Below are positions 48,950 through 61,800 of a DNA stretch of 64,000 nucleotides, one piece after another. Location: NCBI GenBank assembly GCA_030704615.1, contig CM060734.1, forward strand, positions 15,996,001-16,060,000, read 5' to 3'. The position numbers were made by a program, and so were the translations under genes. The DNA is from Takakia lepidozioides (lineage: Eukaryota; Plantae; Bryophyta). Within the stretch, counting starts at the first letter, position 1. Each line of letters opens with the position of its first letter. The notes below the pieces were generated by a model that was not told the origin of the DNA, searched no databases, and saw only the letters and a program-made list of their open reading frames with translations.

Positions 48950-51685
48950 AGCTTGTTTCCGCGGTAAAGGGTGCCAATCCGCGGGAATACACTCCACTTC
49001 TTTCTGGGTGCGTGGTGACTCGGCCTCCACGTGTGATGACGTGGACTGAGCCCCGTGACGTGGCATTTGCGCAAGGTGACGTGGCGTGAGCGCAGTCGCG
49101 CTCACGCGCTCACGTGACCAGGCTCACGCCGAGGCATCCCTGGGCCGGTACCACCAATACCTCCCCACATCTAAACATTCACAACATCATCCCCCATCAC
49201 ACCATAACACATTTGAACTTGCTTGTGCAACACTCATACTCATGCGTTGTGGTGACATTCACCCAAACCCCGGACCTACCACTATCAGTGATATCATTGA
49301 CGCACTCCCCATTGACCCCCAGGAAAGATACGCACTATATTTTTAAACAAACACCGTCTCACTCATACCTGCGTATCAACATCTCTATGATCACTTCTCC
49401 CCTTTCCTTCTTAAACCATCAGTCACTCCATACACACCCACACATCCAATTGCCACATTTGGCCTCACCCCGAGTCAATACCCAACGCTCGCTAAAACTA
49501 CCCGCGAACTCAGAGCATACCCAGCACAACACCTTCTCTTTGCCCTAATCATCATTATCTCCCCATTACCAACAATACATGTAACGACCACTTCGAGGCC
49601 CACACAGACTCACAGGTCCGCGCACTCCTACACAAATTACAAAACCTACCCGCACAGTCTCACCAATACCTAGCCCCCCCCCACACTATCTATCTGACCT
49701 ACACCCATCACTTCAACTTTTACCAGGGGAAGTTCACAAAATATTAGAGCAAATCCCGCACTAGACTCTCATACTATCATCAACAAATTTCCATTTCTAT
49801 CCAACAACATCCTTACCACCATTGCAGGATATCAACCCCCGCCGGCACCACCCCCACCCTCCCCGTCGTCATTTACACCTAGTCACAACAAGGACCCCCC
49901 AACGCCCGTTTCACCCAACCACTCCCAACCCACTCCTTCCCAACACATAAACTCACTCAAAATAATCACTTGGAATGTCGGTTCATTGGCCACCAGCATC
50001 CAAAGTCTAATACACCTTCTCACAGACTCTACGCCCCCACACATTATCTTTCTACAAGAAACCAAGCTTAATACAAACAACCCCAATAGCTCCTATATAA
50101 CCAAACTCCTCCCACCTTACTACCTACTATACGGAAACCCGCTCTCCGCTACACAGTGCCTCACACGGCGCTCGGCCCCGTACCACCCTACCCGAGGTGG
50201 AGTCACGCTAGGCATCCTTCGCACACACCACTCCCCCAGCACCACCACTAAGATACCCATCCATCTCTCTCTCCGATCCCATCTTCAAATCATCTAACTA
50301 CATCCGCCAACACTCCACCCCATCACCCTTATACACCTATACATGCCCTCACACACTGATGACCTTGCACTGATTCCTGATATCCTAGACACAATCTCAG
50401 ATATCCTCACTCAGCCTACAAACCAACATCACCACTTCATATTAGCAGGCAACTTTAACAGAGATATTGCTCTACTTGGCCATACATACAATGGTATTCA
50501 CAAACCCCCATCCCCACTGGAACATGAATGGACTAAGTTCACTCAGCTTCATAAATTCCGATATATACCTGCCGACCACCACTACTCAAGACAAGACGGA
50601 CTTAACTATTCCTCATTAAGTCTTCTTGATGGCTTCTACCTCAAAATACAAAGTGAGATCCCAACATATCTCCACAGCCACATACACATCGACAACATAT
50701 GTAACTCTGACCACTATCATGTCTCAATCTCCCTTCCCCCAGCTCTCATCCCCTTCCGACCCACACCAGCCGTACATATCTCACCACCACAATCTAGGAT
50801 TCTCTCCCCATTACCCCAGCGCAACATCAACGCTTTCCAAAACCATTTTTACCCTGCAGCCTCACTCCTTATATTAAAACTCTCATACATTCTCTCCGAT
50901 ACAAACTTAACACAATCCCCTGAAAAACGTGGCTTGAAGCCGAAGTAGCACTCACATCTATAATGAAAGAAATGACCAAAAGCATCCTCGCCACTTGTTC
51001 CGCCCCCCCTGAGGTCTCGCAAACCGCACGTTCAAAACAAAACGGAGGCTACCTTACCCGTACACAGAAGCGTACATGGACCTCCCACCTCAACACCTAC
51101 CACACGGAGAGGCGCGCCCTCACTATCATTCCTACTTCCCCCACAACCAACCCATACAATAACTAAAAATCCGACCCGCGCATTACCTGTTTGAGTACTT
51201 TAACAAACTGTCAAGCACTTATGCCCTCTCCTGATGACCCATCCGCTATCTCCCACTGGGCTTCTGCTCTCTCCAAACTTGGTAGGGAAGCCAAGAAAGC
51301 TGCCTATATTATTACCAAACAAAAAGCCACGGCTAACCACAAAAAAAATTGTCTCCTCTTTCAATTAGTTATTGCACGACCATCCCAAGAAAGCCCACAA
51401 AGCCATCTTTAATCTTGCAATTAACCCTCATATTGACAACCTTAAGCATCGACAGGGCCACCTCCTAACTGCCCCAAAGGACATAAACAATGAAATCTGG
51501 ACCCAAGCATCGTCATCATATACACCAACGGTTGTAAATTGCCTACACCCCAATCAACACAATCCCACCTGCATGTAAAGTTAAACATTACCCATGGCAT
51601 GATATAGACGGATTCTCACTGGATAAGAGAGGCGCTCCAATAGACCGTGTTCTGGACTTATTTACAGTTGACCTCTACGAATCTT
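48950..51685 (+). mobile_element. Dualen-type LINE 5' part: GC-rich leader, 2A-like peptide, APE endonuclease, linker; decayed
   Basis: LMRCGDIHPNPGP (49239-49277); ITWNVGSL, FLQETKL, AGNFNR, LLDGFYL, CNSDHYHV. Truncated by the Mutator-like insertion. Confidence 0.87.
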
Positions 51686-52531
51686 GGAGGTTTACTATTT
51701 CATGAGCAGAAACCATGAGCCATGAGCCATGAGCCGCATGAGCCGCATGAGCGGTGAGCCGAAGTCTAAGATACGCGGATTTCATGAGCGGACTCCTCCA
51801 AATTTGGAAATGCGGCAGATTAAACAAGTATTAAAATAATAGTTTTTTATTTGACCTTGCCGTTTTTGGACGTTCCAGATCATGTAATGCGGCGAAGATA
51901 TGTCGTCAGTAACAAGTCCGCTCATGGTTTTATAGATCCGCTCATGGAAATAAGTGACCGTGCAACGGGAAATCCAGTATACCACTGCAAAAGGACGTCG
52001 CATACTGGCCTGTATAGAGTATTCCGCGGTTTTACATGCCTTAACATTGGAATGAAGCTGACCCTTTTGCCGCGATTGAACCAATGGAGTCTGCACCAAT
52101 ACAGTCTGCAGTACTTCACAATTCTGTCTTCTTCGGGTATTCGGCGGGAAAGGTTTGCAACTGAACTGGGAAATAGGGTGCCGCATTAGGGTTCGCACGT
52201 GCGAAATTTCGGAGCGGTTTGGTGTTGGCGAAGGCCGCCTTTGGGGGTACCTACGACGATACTTGGAAATTCGGCGCCGCATTTCCTTGTCGGAGGTCGA
52301 ATGAGGAGAGCAAGTTTTCGGAAAGCAGAAAAACATGAACCCTCCAACATACAAAAATACATGCACGTGGAAACAAGTGAACGATATAGTAATATCTTAG
52401 TTCGATCAAAACAGGTTACTGGTAGGCAAGACATATGTCGGACCTTTGTGTGGCCAGAGTCTGAGGTACTGGCAGCAGTACAGTTCTACTATCCGATGGG
52501 CGTACCATTGTATGTGGACCGCAAGCCAAGC

Positions 52532-55500
52532 TCACTGGTCCCCTGGATCCATATTCAGAAGAGTGTGAACCTCCTGGGGGCTCAACCCTGGTGCATGTAT
52601 GAAGTGATGAGTTGTGGAATTACAACGGAGTCTCTTTAGGTACACGTAGTACAAATGCTTGCAAGGGCAGTATGATGCCCCCTTGTTCGCCATGATCTGG
52701 AAGTCGGTGCAATTGCAGGTGGGTAATTCTGAAATGGTGATGGTGTACACCTCATTGCGAACAGCTGAGCCCGCCGTGGCCATCTGATACACACGCCCGA
52801 ATCCTGGTGGGGGCACTTCTGTCGAGCTCTGGATTGTACAGTTCATCCGAAGTGCATTCCCCATCCTTGTCTCGTTCACTTTTGAGGGAGGTCGCCGCCT
52901 CTTCGGTTTCCCCCAACGGTGTGTAGGATGCTTAGAGCTGTCGTGTCCCATTGTTCTTGCTCTCACAGGGGTCGGTGGTGGAGGCTGTGGAAGCGGAAAT
53001 GGTTGTCTGGGCACGTCAGTGCGCTGCACCATCCGAAATCCTGCGGCGGTAAGGGCGTCGCCTCAACCTGACTCAGATCGCAGCCTGGTTCCACCGGCCA
53101 CACCGGGGGAGCCTCTGGCATTGTCTGTATGCCGTACTTGGGCTTTCCATACACGCAAGTCATAATGTCGTGCCTGCAGAACCAGAACTGGGTGGTTGTC
53201 GCCTCCGCAAACTTTGCATGGACAAATCTTCCTGTAAAAGTAGGAGCAGGGACAGCCCCATCTGGATTCCTCCTTATCATCTCTAAACAACGTTGCCGTG
53301 TATCCACACGAATTGCGGAACACCTTCCTCGAAACGACGGCTTTGTGCGAGCAATTCTCCACTGTGAGGCAGACACAGTCGTCTCCACAATGGCTTGGCC
53401 ATACTGCATAACAGCGGGCGGAATGTGGGGCAAGGGAGCGGTGGGAATTTGTTGCACGAAATCCCCGGTTGAAGGCGACGGCGATCTGGAATTTCTTGGG
53501 CTTCCACTGCTGGAAGACACATTGTGCGGCAACATGACGGGACCTCGAGGTGCTGTCCGAATGTTCCTGTCGGATCTCCAGGAATCCTCTTCGCACCCGG
53601 GTTCCTCTTCAATCCTCCGCCTGACAGGGCGAGTCCGGACGTCCCCCTCTAGGTGTTCACCTCTGCGGTGCAGAGGCGTCCCTTTGATCTTCTCTCGCAA
53701 TGCTGTCGCCCATTTCACTGGATTCTTGGACCTCGAAGCTGTTCGTACCAACAATTCCTCCCTGTCCGGCCCAAAGCCCCATTGTTTGCCGCTCAGGAAC
53801 TTGTAGTACGTGGCTTGCTGCATGATTGCTCTGTCGATGTCCTCCGTTGTGGCCGTCACTACGTCCACCAGATGTGCGGCAGAAGACGCTCGCCAGGAGG
53901 AGTGGACCGATTCTGCCATATTCGTGTTCGGCATGTCCGTGTCGGAATCCAAGCACCGCTCCTAGAAGGACACAAACAACGGTGAGGGACCAATCGAAAT
54001 GTCCGTAACAGAAAGACAAATGAACGAAAATGACAGCAGCCTACCTCCCGCATGTACTGTCCGAACTGTCGATACCGAAAATGCCACCACCCCAACCAGC
54101 TGTGCAATGCTCCCAGATTGGTTGTCTCCACTGCACCTGACGTGTTCCACCAAGCCTCGATGATAGCAAACTTAACCTCCGCGTCATCAAATGTGGGTGC
54201 ATCCTTCCACGCCGTACAAAGGACACGGTGTTCAGCCTGGAATGAGCTAGCAACAAATTTGGTAGTGTAGTGGGATAGACTCTGCATCCAATGGAATCCA
54301 CAGGATCTCTCTTTCCCCTCCATTGGAACATTGGGGTCCTCACCGTACACACGCCGCACCGCTGCCCAGTTGGCCTGAGCGTTGTCTGCCATGAATCCCC
54401 TGAAATTGGGCTCTGGCAATCCCGCCCTTGCCATCTGCTGGTTTATGCCCTCCCACAGATGCATCTCGGACTGTGTGTCCTCCCCTTTCATCTCGCAGAT
54501 TGCAATCGTCATGAGCCTCTTGGAGTGATAGTCATAAACATGCGCACCCATAGTCACCCACTGATGGTTTGTAATTCGCTTGATGTGATCAAACATCACC
54601 CAAGCATTCGACAAGTTTCCAGTTGTCATGCGAGTGACCAAGTCGACTCCACTCCCAGGCCCACACGTCGACATTTTGAAAATGTAACAACGATCGGATT
54701 CGCTGCCTTGCCCTGGAAACCTGCTACCTTGGATGTAGTCATATCCAGTCATTCGTTTCACCTCCAGGATTGAGTACATGTCCGACCCCCTGCCGAACTC
54801 CTGCTTGCAAGATACGATGTGATTCCGCACATTCGGACTACAAACGTGCGAGACGGACTCCAAGAGGTCACGCATCTCGTCTTCGGTCAAGGGCTCTCGG
54901 TCGGAACCATCTTCAGACATGATTTTGCCAAGAGCAATCTTGTGGGCTGCCTTCAGCTGAATCTGCTTTGGTCTGGCTCCGGGGCTCAATTTCACCTCCT
55001 CTTTTATGATGTCGTGTGCTTCCTGCACAGCCTCACGCATGTTGCCTCTCGCCAAGGGGTGGCAGTGGACCCCAACGTGTATGCAAGCTCTAGTCAAGTC
55101 CGGGAGCAAATGGATAACGTAATATTGCTTGGCTCTGCACATGGACATGCACGTCGGTGGTTCTTTGCAATGTGCACACTTGAAAGAACCCGCAGGAGCT
55201 TGGCTGGAGACAATGAATGGATGATGCGTTGTGCCAGTCCAATCCGTCTCGTTTCTCCGCCCTCCTTTGGAGAGAAAGTGGAAGCAGGTGGGATTGAGGC
55301 ACCTCAGCTTCCCCGCACAGAGGACATATCGTACACGAACACCATCAGCAATTTTCGTGCTACTGGTCTTCGTCACACACCAGGGGTGTCCGTCATGCTT
55401 TCGATCCATGTCTGTTAACATCCCCGAGGCTTTCTTTGACGAAGAAACAGGTGGAAACTCGAAGATGACATTGCCATCGACTTCGGGAGGCAGAAAAGTT

Positions 55501-56138
55501 ACCTTTCTGACTGGGAATTTGGCATAGTCGAGAGCAGCCAGCTCGGAGCGAGAACCATCGAGGTGATGTTGTCGTAGGAGCTGCACAATGGACCGGGTTG
55601 GAGTTATGCTCGAGGGCACATGCGTAGCACCTACAGAGACGTCCATGCCGGATTTGAACGACCGTGTGGAGGACATGGGTACCTCAATGCAATCATCTTC
55701 CTCGTCGGAAATGTCGAATACGTCCACACGAGAAGCTATGGAGGGTCTTGACGGTCCAGGTCGGGAATGATTATCGTTGCATACCTCTCTGTTGGCAGTG
55801 GCCGCCTCTCGGTTTCCGGACTCCTTTGTGGATGGTGTGGGCAGCGACTGATTCGGAAAGGGAATGGGCATTCCCACAGCTCGGTACAGGATGGTGTCTG
55901 ACGGGGGAACGTGCCATTCGATTCCGCAACCTCCGTCGTTACCTAGCACGACAATGGTCTCGTCAACCTGTCCAGGAACATCCTTCCTTTCTTCTTCCAA
56001 ATAAACTGTGCCCGGTTTGAGCTTGAATTTGGAACAAAGGTAAGTTTCAGTCACTCTGCAAAGTCCTCCCTCGTTTGGGATCCAGGCTCTCCCAAGTTGC
56101 GGAGGACAGCAAACTATAGCGTAGGAATTCGGAGCCAT
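52532..56138 (-). CDS. MULE-like DDE transposase with Cys/His-rich N-terminal zinc-binding region and C-terminal SWIM finger; one intron and one apparent frameshift
   Basis: CAGKLRCLNPTC..CAHC..HCHP; WVMFDH (D1), FMADNAQA (D2), CGFH, TNMAESVH (E); SWIM TCNCTDF..CKHLYYV. GT-AG intron 53962-54044 joins the frames. Frameshift near 53055. Start codon uncertain. Confidence 0.85.
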
Positions 56139-56567
56139 CGAACACCGCACGGAGTTGGCAAGTGCGAGGTTCAGTATAGCGACAGACCAAGGCTCACAGG
56201 CACCATCTAAGTGGATCTGCGGAGTCCATCGACAATTGGAAGTCGCACATTGAAGTGGAAAGTATTGTTTCAAGCTACATGCATGAAGGTGGGAGGTTTG
56301 ATTCCATAGCCAGTGAGTAGGACAATGATGGCCGATTCGGCGACGAAATAACATCTCCTGACAGTTTCTCCTGAGGGTGGATCCAGCAGTATTCTCGGTG
56401 CAGACAGGAACGTTCGCACTGACAAGTGCCAGGACTGCTGGTTAAAACGGTCAGACAACCAAGTTGTGCTCATCAAGACTGGCCGCAATTGTGTTGTTTC
56501 GGAACAATGCAACCCATTGAGGTTCCAGATTTCCCGTCACGAGTGATTCTGTCGATTGCTGGTGGAC

Positions 56568-58420
56568 GGAAATACGGCGCCGCATTTCCGTATTGCATCT
56601 TGGTCATGCAACAGAGCGACGGAAATGCGGCACCGAGTTTCCGTCCGGGGGAAACCTTTATACTCTCCAGAACGGAAATGCGGTAACGCATTTCCATCCA
56701 GCAAGCACGGTATGTGAAGGTGGAACGGAAATGCGGTACCGCATTTCCGTTCTGATTGAGATTTATGAACAACGGGAACAGAAATGCGGCACCGCATTTC
56801 CGTCCGAGTCGCACTTTTCGACATTCCAGAACGGGAATGCGGTGCCGCATTTCCATTTTGTATCTGATGCATGGAGCTGAGGGATAGAAATGCTGCAGCA
56901 CATTTCCGTCCTTAAAAGACATTCATACTCTCGAGAACGGAAATGCGGTACCGCATTTTCATTCAACAAGCACGGTATGTGAAGGTGGAACGGAAATGCG
57001 GTACCGCATTTCCGTTCTGATTGAGAATTATGAACAACGGGAACAGAAATGCGGCACCGCATTTCCGTCAAAGTCGCACTTTTCGACATTCCATAAAGGA
57101 AATGCGGCGCCGCATTTCCATTTTGTATCTGATGCCTGGAGCCGAGTAAGATTCCGACAGCTTCATACAGCGCAATTCCGACCGGTTGAGACATTCACAC
57201 TATCCAGAACGGAAATGCGGCACCGCATTTCCGTTCTGACTGAAAATCGTGAACTATCTGAACTGAAATGCGGCACCGTATTTCCATCCGAGTCGCACCT
57301 ACCATCATTCCAGAACGGAAATGCGGCACCGCATTTCCGTTCTGACTGAAAATCGTGAACCATCGGAACTGAAATGCGGCAACGTATTTCCATCCGAGTC
57401 GCACCTACCATCAGGCCAGAACGGAAATGCGGCACCGCATTTCCGTTCTGACTGAAAATCGTGAACCATCGGAACTGAATTGCGGCAACGTATTTCCATC
57501 CGAGTCGCACCTACCATCAGGCCAGAACGGAAATGCGGCACCGCATTTCCGTTCTGACTGAAAATCGTGAACCATCGGAACTGAAATGCGGCAGCGCATT
57601 TCCATCCGAGTCGCACCTCCCAACATTCCAGAACGGAATGTATTAGATTTAAAAGGGAAATGCGGCACCGCATTTCCGTTCTGATGAAATATCCTGAAAC
57701 ATCGGAATTGAAATGCGGTACCGCATTTCCGTCGGAGTCCCACCATCCGACATTCCAAAACGGAAATGCGGCACCGCATTTCCGTTTTGTATGTGAGGCA
57801 TGGAGCTGTGGAACGAAAATGCGGGAAGGCATTTCCGCCAGCGTCAGACGTTAATACTCTACAGAACGGAAATGCGGTACCGCATTTCCATTCTGACTGA
57901 AAATCGTGCGCAACGGGTACAGAAATGCGGCACCGCATTTCCGTTCGAGTCGCACCTTCCGACATTCTCGAACGGAAATGCGGCGCCGCATTTCCGTTTT
58001 GTATATTCGGCCTGGAGCTGTGCTACGGAAATGTGTTGCCGCATTTCCATCCATGTGAGACCTTCAACCTTTCCAGACCGGAAATGCGACACCGCATTTC
58101 TGTCCAGGTGAGACCTCTATACTTTCCCGAACGGAAATGTGGCACGGCATTTCCATTCATCAACTAACGTATGTGAAGTGGGAACGGAAATGCGGCGCCG
58201 CATTTCCCTTCTGAATCTCATACTTGGAGCTGTGGGACGGAAATGCGGCACCGTATTTCCGTTCAACAACTAAGGTATGTGAAGGTGGAACGGAAATGCG
58301 GTGCCGCATTTTCTTCCAACAAGTACGGATGTGTAGCAGAGTGATCGTACTTAACGGAAATGCGGCGCCGCATTCGCATTCTCGCTCCAACTCATCAGAC
58401 GCTGGGACGGAAATGCCTTG
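56568..58420. repeat. Array of about 33 22-bp palindromes GGAAATGCGG-NN-CCGCATTTCC at 53-bp pitch
   Basis: Starts at 56568, 56621, 56674, 56727 ... 57098; 57211 ... 57582; 57656 ... 58292; 58356. 31-bp variable spacers with 106-bp and 265-bp higher-order duplications. Confidence 0.95.
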
Positions 58421-58812
58421 AAATGTGAACACGTGGAGCAACGGAATTGCTGCACATGTCGGCACTCTATCTGACTGAAGGGGCATGAGGCGGCGCGGCC
58501 TGACCGTTGGATAATGATGTTTGATTTTCGGACGGCGGGCGTACCCTCAACGATTCGAATTTCGTAATGACGCAAACTCCACGAGGAGACACTTTCGTCC
58601 AACCTTTCGAACCCAAGTGGTGCATCACCGCCGTTTCATCTACTTTTGTCGTGTCTCCTCAGTCACCCCTCTCGCGCCCTTTCCATCTGCACTCTTTGCC
58701 CCTTTTCCCTCTCTCTGTTCTTCTTATGCTCGAACCTGAGAGGGGGGGAGTTCGTGCACCAGACAGGAGACCTCGTCGCAAGCTCCGGAAATTATACTTC
58801 GGACGTAGGCCA

Positions 58813-61800
58813 ATGCCGAAGGGGAGGAAGCAGATGCGTCTACAGGAGGAGATTGCCATCTCCGAGCAGCAGGCCACTCAGGCAACCCAGCCACCAGTGA
58901 GAGCTCCATGCGATCGGGCTGCGCGCAGCTGATCGAGCACCGAACCCCCCATTTTGCTTCTGTAATTCTTAGACTGAATGCTAGGAGACTTGAATGCAGA
59001 ACATGTTTGCATGCCTAACAGGAAAGGTGGACGTGCTGGAGGGATCGCAGGAATCCGAAGAGCCGCAGGAAGAGTCCGAGGAGCTAGCTGCAGCACGTAC
59101 ACCCACCCGATCCCCGAGCGCGGGTACTCCTGCCGGGCCTAGCCCTCTGCGATTCAAAGACGCGTCTTCGAAGGGCAAGTTCAAAGTCTCAGAGATCGAC
59201 TCGCGTTCTTCGATCATGGAGAATCGCCAGCAGGGGTCGGGCCCTTCTCCAGCAAAGTCGAAGAAGAAGCAGCCCGTCCCTCTACTGGCTTCTGAACCGG
59301 CTCAGGCCGATTCACCCCCCCAACGCGAATGAAGCAGCAGGGTAGAAGACAGATTCTATTGCAGCAGACACCTTCACCTGCAAGGATGAGGAAGCAGAAG
59401 GCAATCAGGGCGACGGCGAACAATCTCCCGCAAAACCGCTTCCACGAGCTGAAGCTCAGTTCCTGGAGGATTTCCCGCCTGCAGATGTTGGGGCCGACTC
59501 TGCTGCAGCGAAGGCAATGGGATCGACCGTTGATCTCGATTTGGTACCGGAGGAGGGTGCTGCCGCTGAACGTTCGCAGGCAGACCTCACCACCGATGAG
59601 CTAGCAGGCCCGGAGGAGGCCTCTGCAGTGGCAGAATTGCCCGCACACAGGCCCCAGAGTGCAGCTCCAGTTGAGGATGCTCCACCTGCTCAGCCACTAC
59701 CGGCACCTACAGACATGTCTCCGGAGGATTTCAAAAGTGCAGCGGATAAAATGTTGGAGGAGACACACAGTAGCATTGGCAGAGTTCTGGGCAGCAGGGT
59801 ATTCCAGCGGACTCTTCGAATCCCACTCTGTCGCATGGTCTCCCTTCCCATCGTCAGGCAGGCCCTTCCCGGAGATGTGGATAAGCTCAAGTTCGCATTT
59901 CGAGAAGGGTACCGTCTGGGATCGGCAGCGTTTTACGTTTCCATAGAGAATGAGGACGGCGAAACCCGTGGACCCACTGCCGATGAATTGTCAACGTGGG
60001 ATACCCACTGGCACACTCGCAACCACGAATTCGAGGCGACGCTGAAGGGTGATCCCGACTTCGGCCATATGTCGGGAAAAATGTTCTTTGTGTGGGACGG
60101 GAATCACCGACTTCTCGCCTGGTGGGAGTACATCAAGCAGAACCATGCCAAGCACATTGGCTGGCATTACATGGTGGAGTGTGTCATCCTCAAGGTGAAG
60201 GCGGCAGACTCCTCCCTCCTCAAGAATGCCATGGCGGACCTCAACTCGTAAGATACTCATACCCTCCCTAGCACATTCGAAATGCGGTGCCGCATTTCGG
60301 TTTCCATTCTGGTTTGATTCCGTGCTTCCGTGTACTGAACTGGAGAGTGTGCCTTGCAGGGTCACTGAGAATGCGTACGTGCATACCCACATGGCACATA
60401 TGCTGTACAGGGTGAGGAAAACTGGTCTTACTGATCCGCAGATGTTTGCGGAAATGCTGGAGCCGGAGCTCATTCAGAAAGCCGTTGCAAAAACAGACCG
60501 GACATGGTATCGTCTCACTATGGATGGAATGGTGGAGGTGATATACGAAGTAAGTCGTGCTCCAATTTCCCTCTGCTCATCCTTCCCCAATTTCCAGTAA
60601 TGTTTCCACATGAATCGAATGTAACGCTTCTGCATGTTTTTGTTGGCAGTCAAACATCAAGCTGGATTTGGCCCATGCCAAACGCTTCTTCATGGAAAGT
60701 GAGGGGCAGGTCAAAACGTTGCAGTCATTGACTGAGCACTTGAAGGAAGCCGGTGTCAAGTCCAGAACCAAATACAAGTCAAAGCTTGTGAAGCTGGTGG
60801 CAATTGCAGATCCGGCACTTGGAAAGGACTTCATCCCCGAGATTGCAAAACACTATTCTCGGGCCATGCAGCCGACCATGCAATTGGAGAAACTGCATCA
60901 CCTCTCAACGGCATGTGTGGAGGCGAAAGAGAAGGTGAGGTTTCAATGCACTGAATTTCCTTCCTAGCAATAGCCACTCTCTTCCAGCCACTGACATTGG
61001 ATCGGAAATGGCAGACACGGTGGCTGTCGATCTGGAATGCATCCGAGAGCATAAGGACAATGTGGTCTTTTCCACTGGAAGTTTCCGACCCTGCAGTGGA
61101 TGTGTGGCTCAACCGCATGACTTGGTGGTTCCAGGTAATTCAAGGTACTTCCCCAGATTTGCTTTTCTGACATGAATTCCCTGAACTGCTACGTGACAAT
61201 GCATTTGGGAATGGCAGGTAATGTCGAATGCAAAGGAGCAAGTCGTAATGCACACAAATTCGTTCGGCTTGTACGTCAAATGGGATGGAACACAGACATT
61301 GGAAGACTACGTGACACGTTTCAGATGTGCGTACAAGGACAACCTTTTCGCCAGAGAGCTACAGACAGCAAGAAGGAGCGTGGAGTTTACACATCAGGAG
61401 GGAGCGGGGAAAGCTGCAATGCGAATTGTTTACAGGTGAAGCACAGCTGCCCTTGTATGCGAAGCCTGGTTACGAGGTTTGTCTCGGAAATGCGGCACCG
61501 CATTCGCATTTTATGTTTTCGGTGGCACTCTGCCAGTAGGTTGGTCTCAAGTTTTGCTCACGCATGCTGACTGCCTTGCAGGTATATGAAATACGTGCTC
61601 CTTCAGACAGGGGCCCTGGCTCAAGAGCCCCCGTTCTTCATGGCTTGGACCGTGGCGGGCCCAAGCTGTGTCTACACACCCGAGATGCAGAAACAATGGC
61701 ATCCCGCGCATCTCGTTGGATGCCCGTGGTACCTGGACATGTCTGGCGGTATTGTTGACGAGTCTGAGAAAGATCTGCACGCCTTGGCAGAAGAGAAGAG

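Noticed and set aside
51782-52639. Small ORFs near the Mutator-like terminus as a third gene
   Set aside because: No motif recognised, ORFs overlap on both strands, and one contains the palindrome; cannot be supported.
56568-58420. CRISPR array
   Set aside because: No cas genes, eukaryotic TE context, spacers are related to each other through 106- and 265-bp duplications, and the repeat occurs singly in introns.
56426-58486. Many ORFs with repeated EMRCRISV / GNAAPHF / KCGTAFP peptides
   Set aside because: Translation artefacts of the palindrome array, open on both strands.
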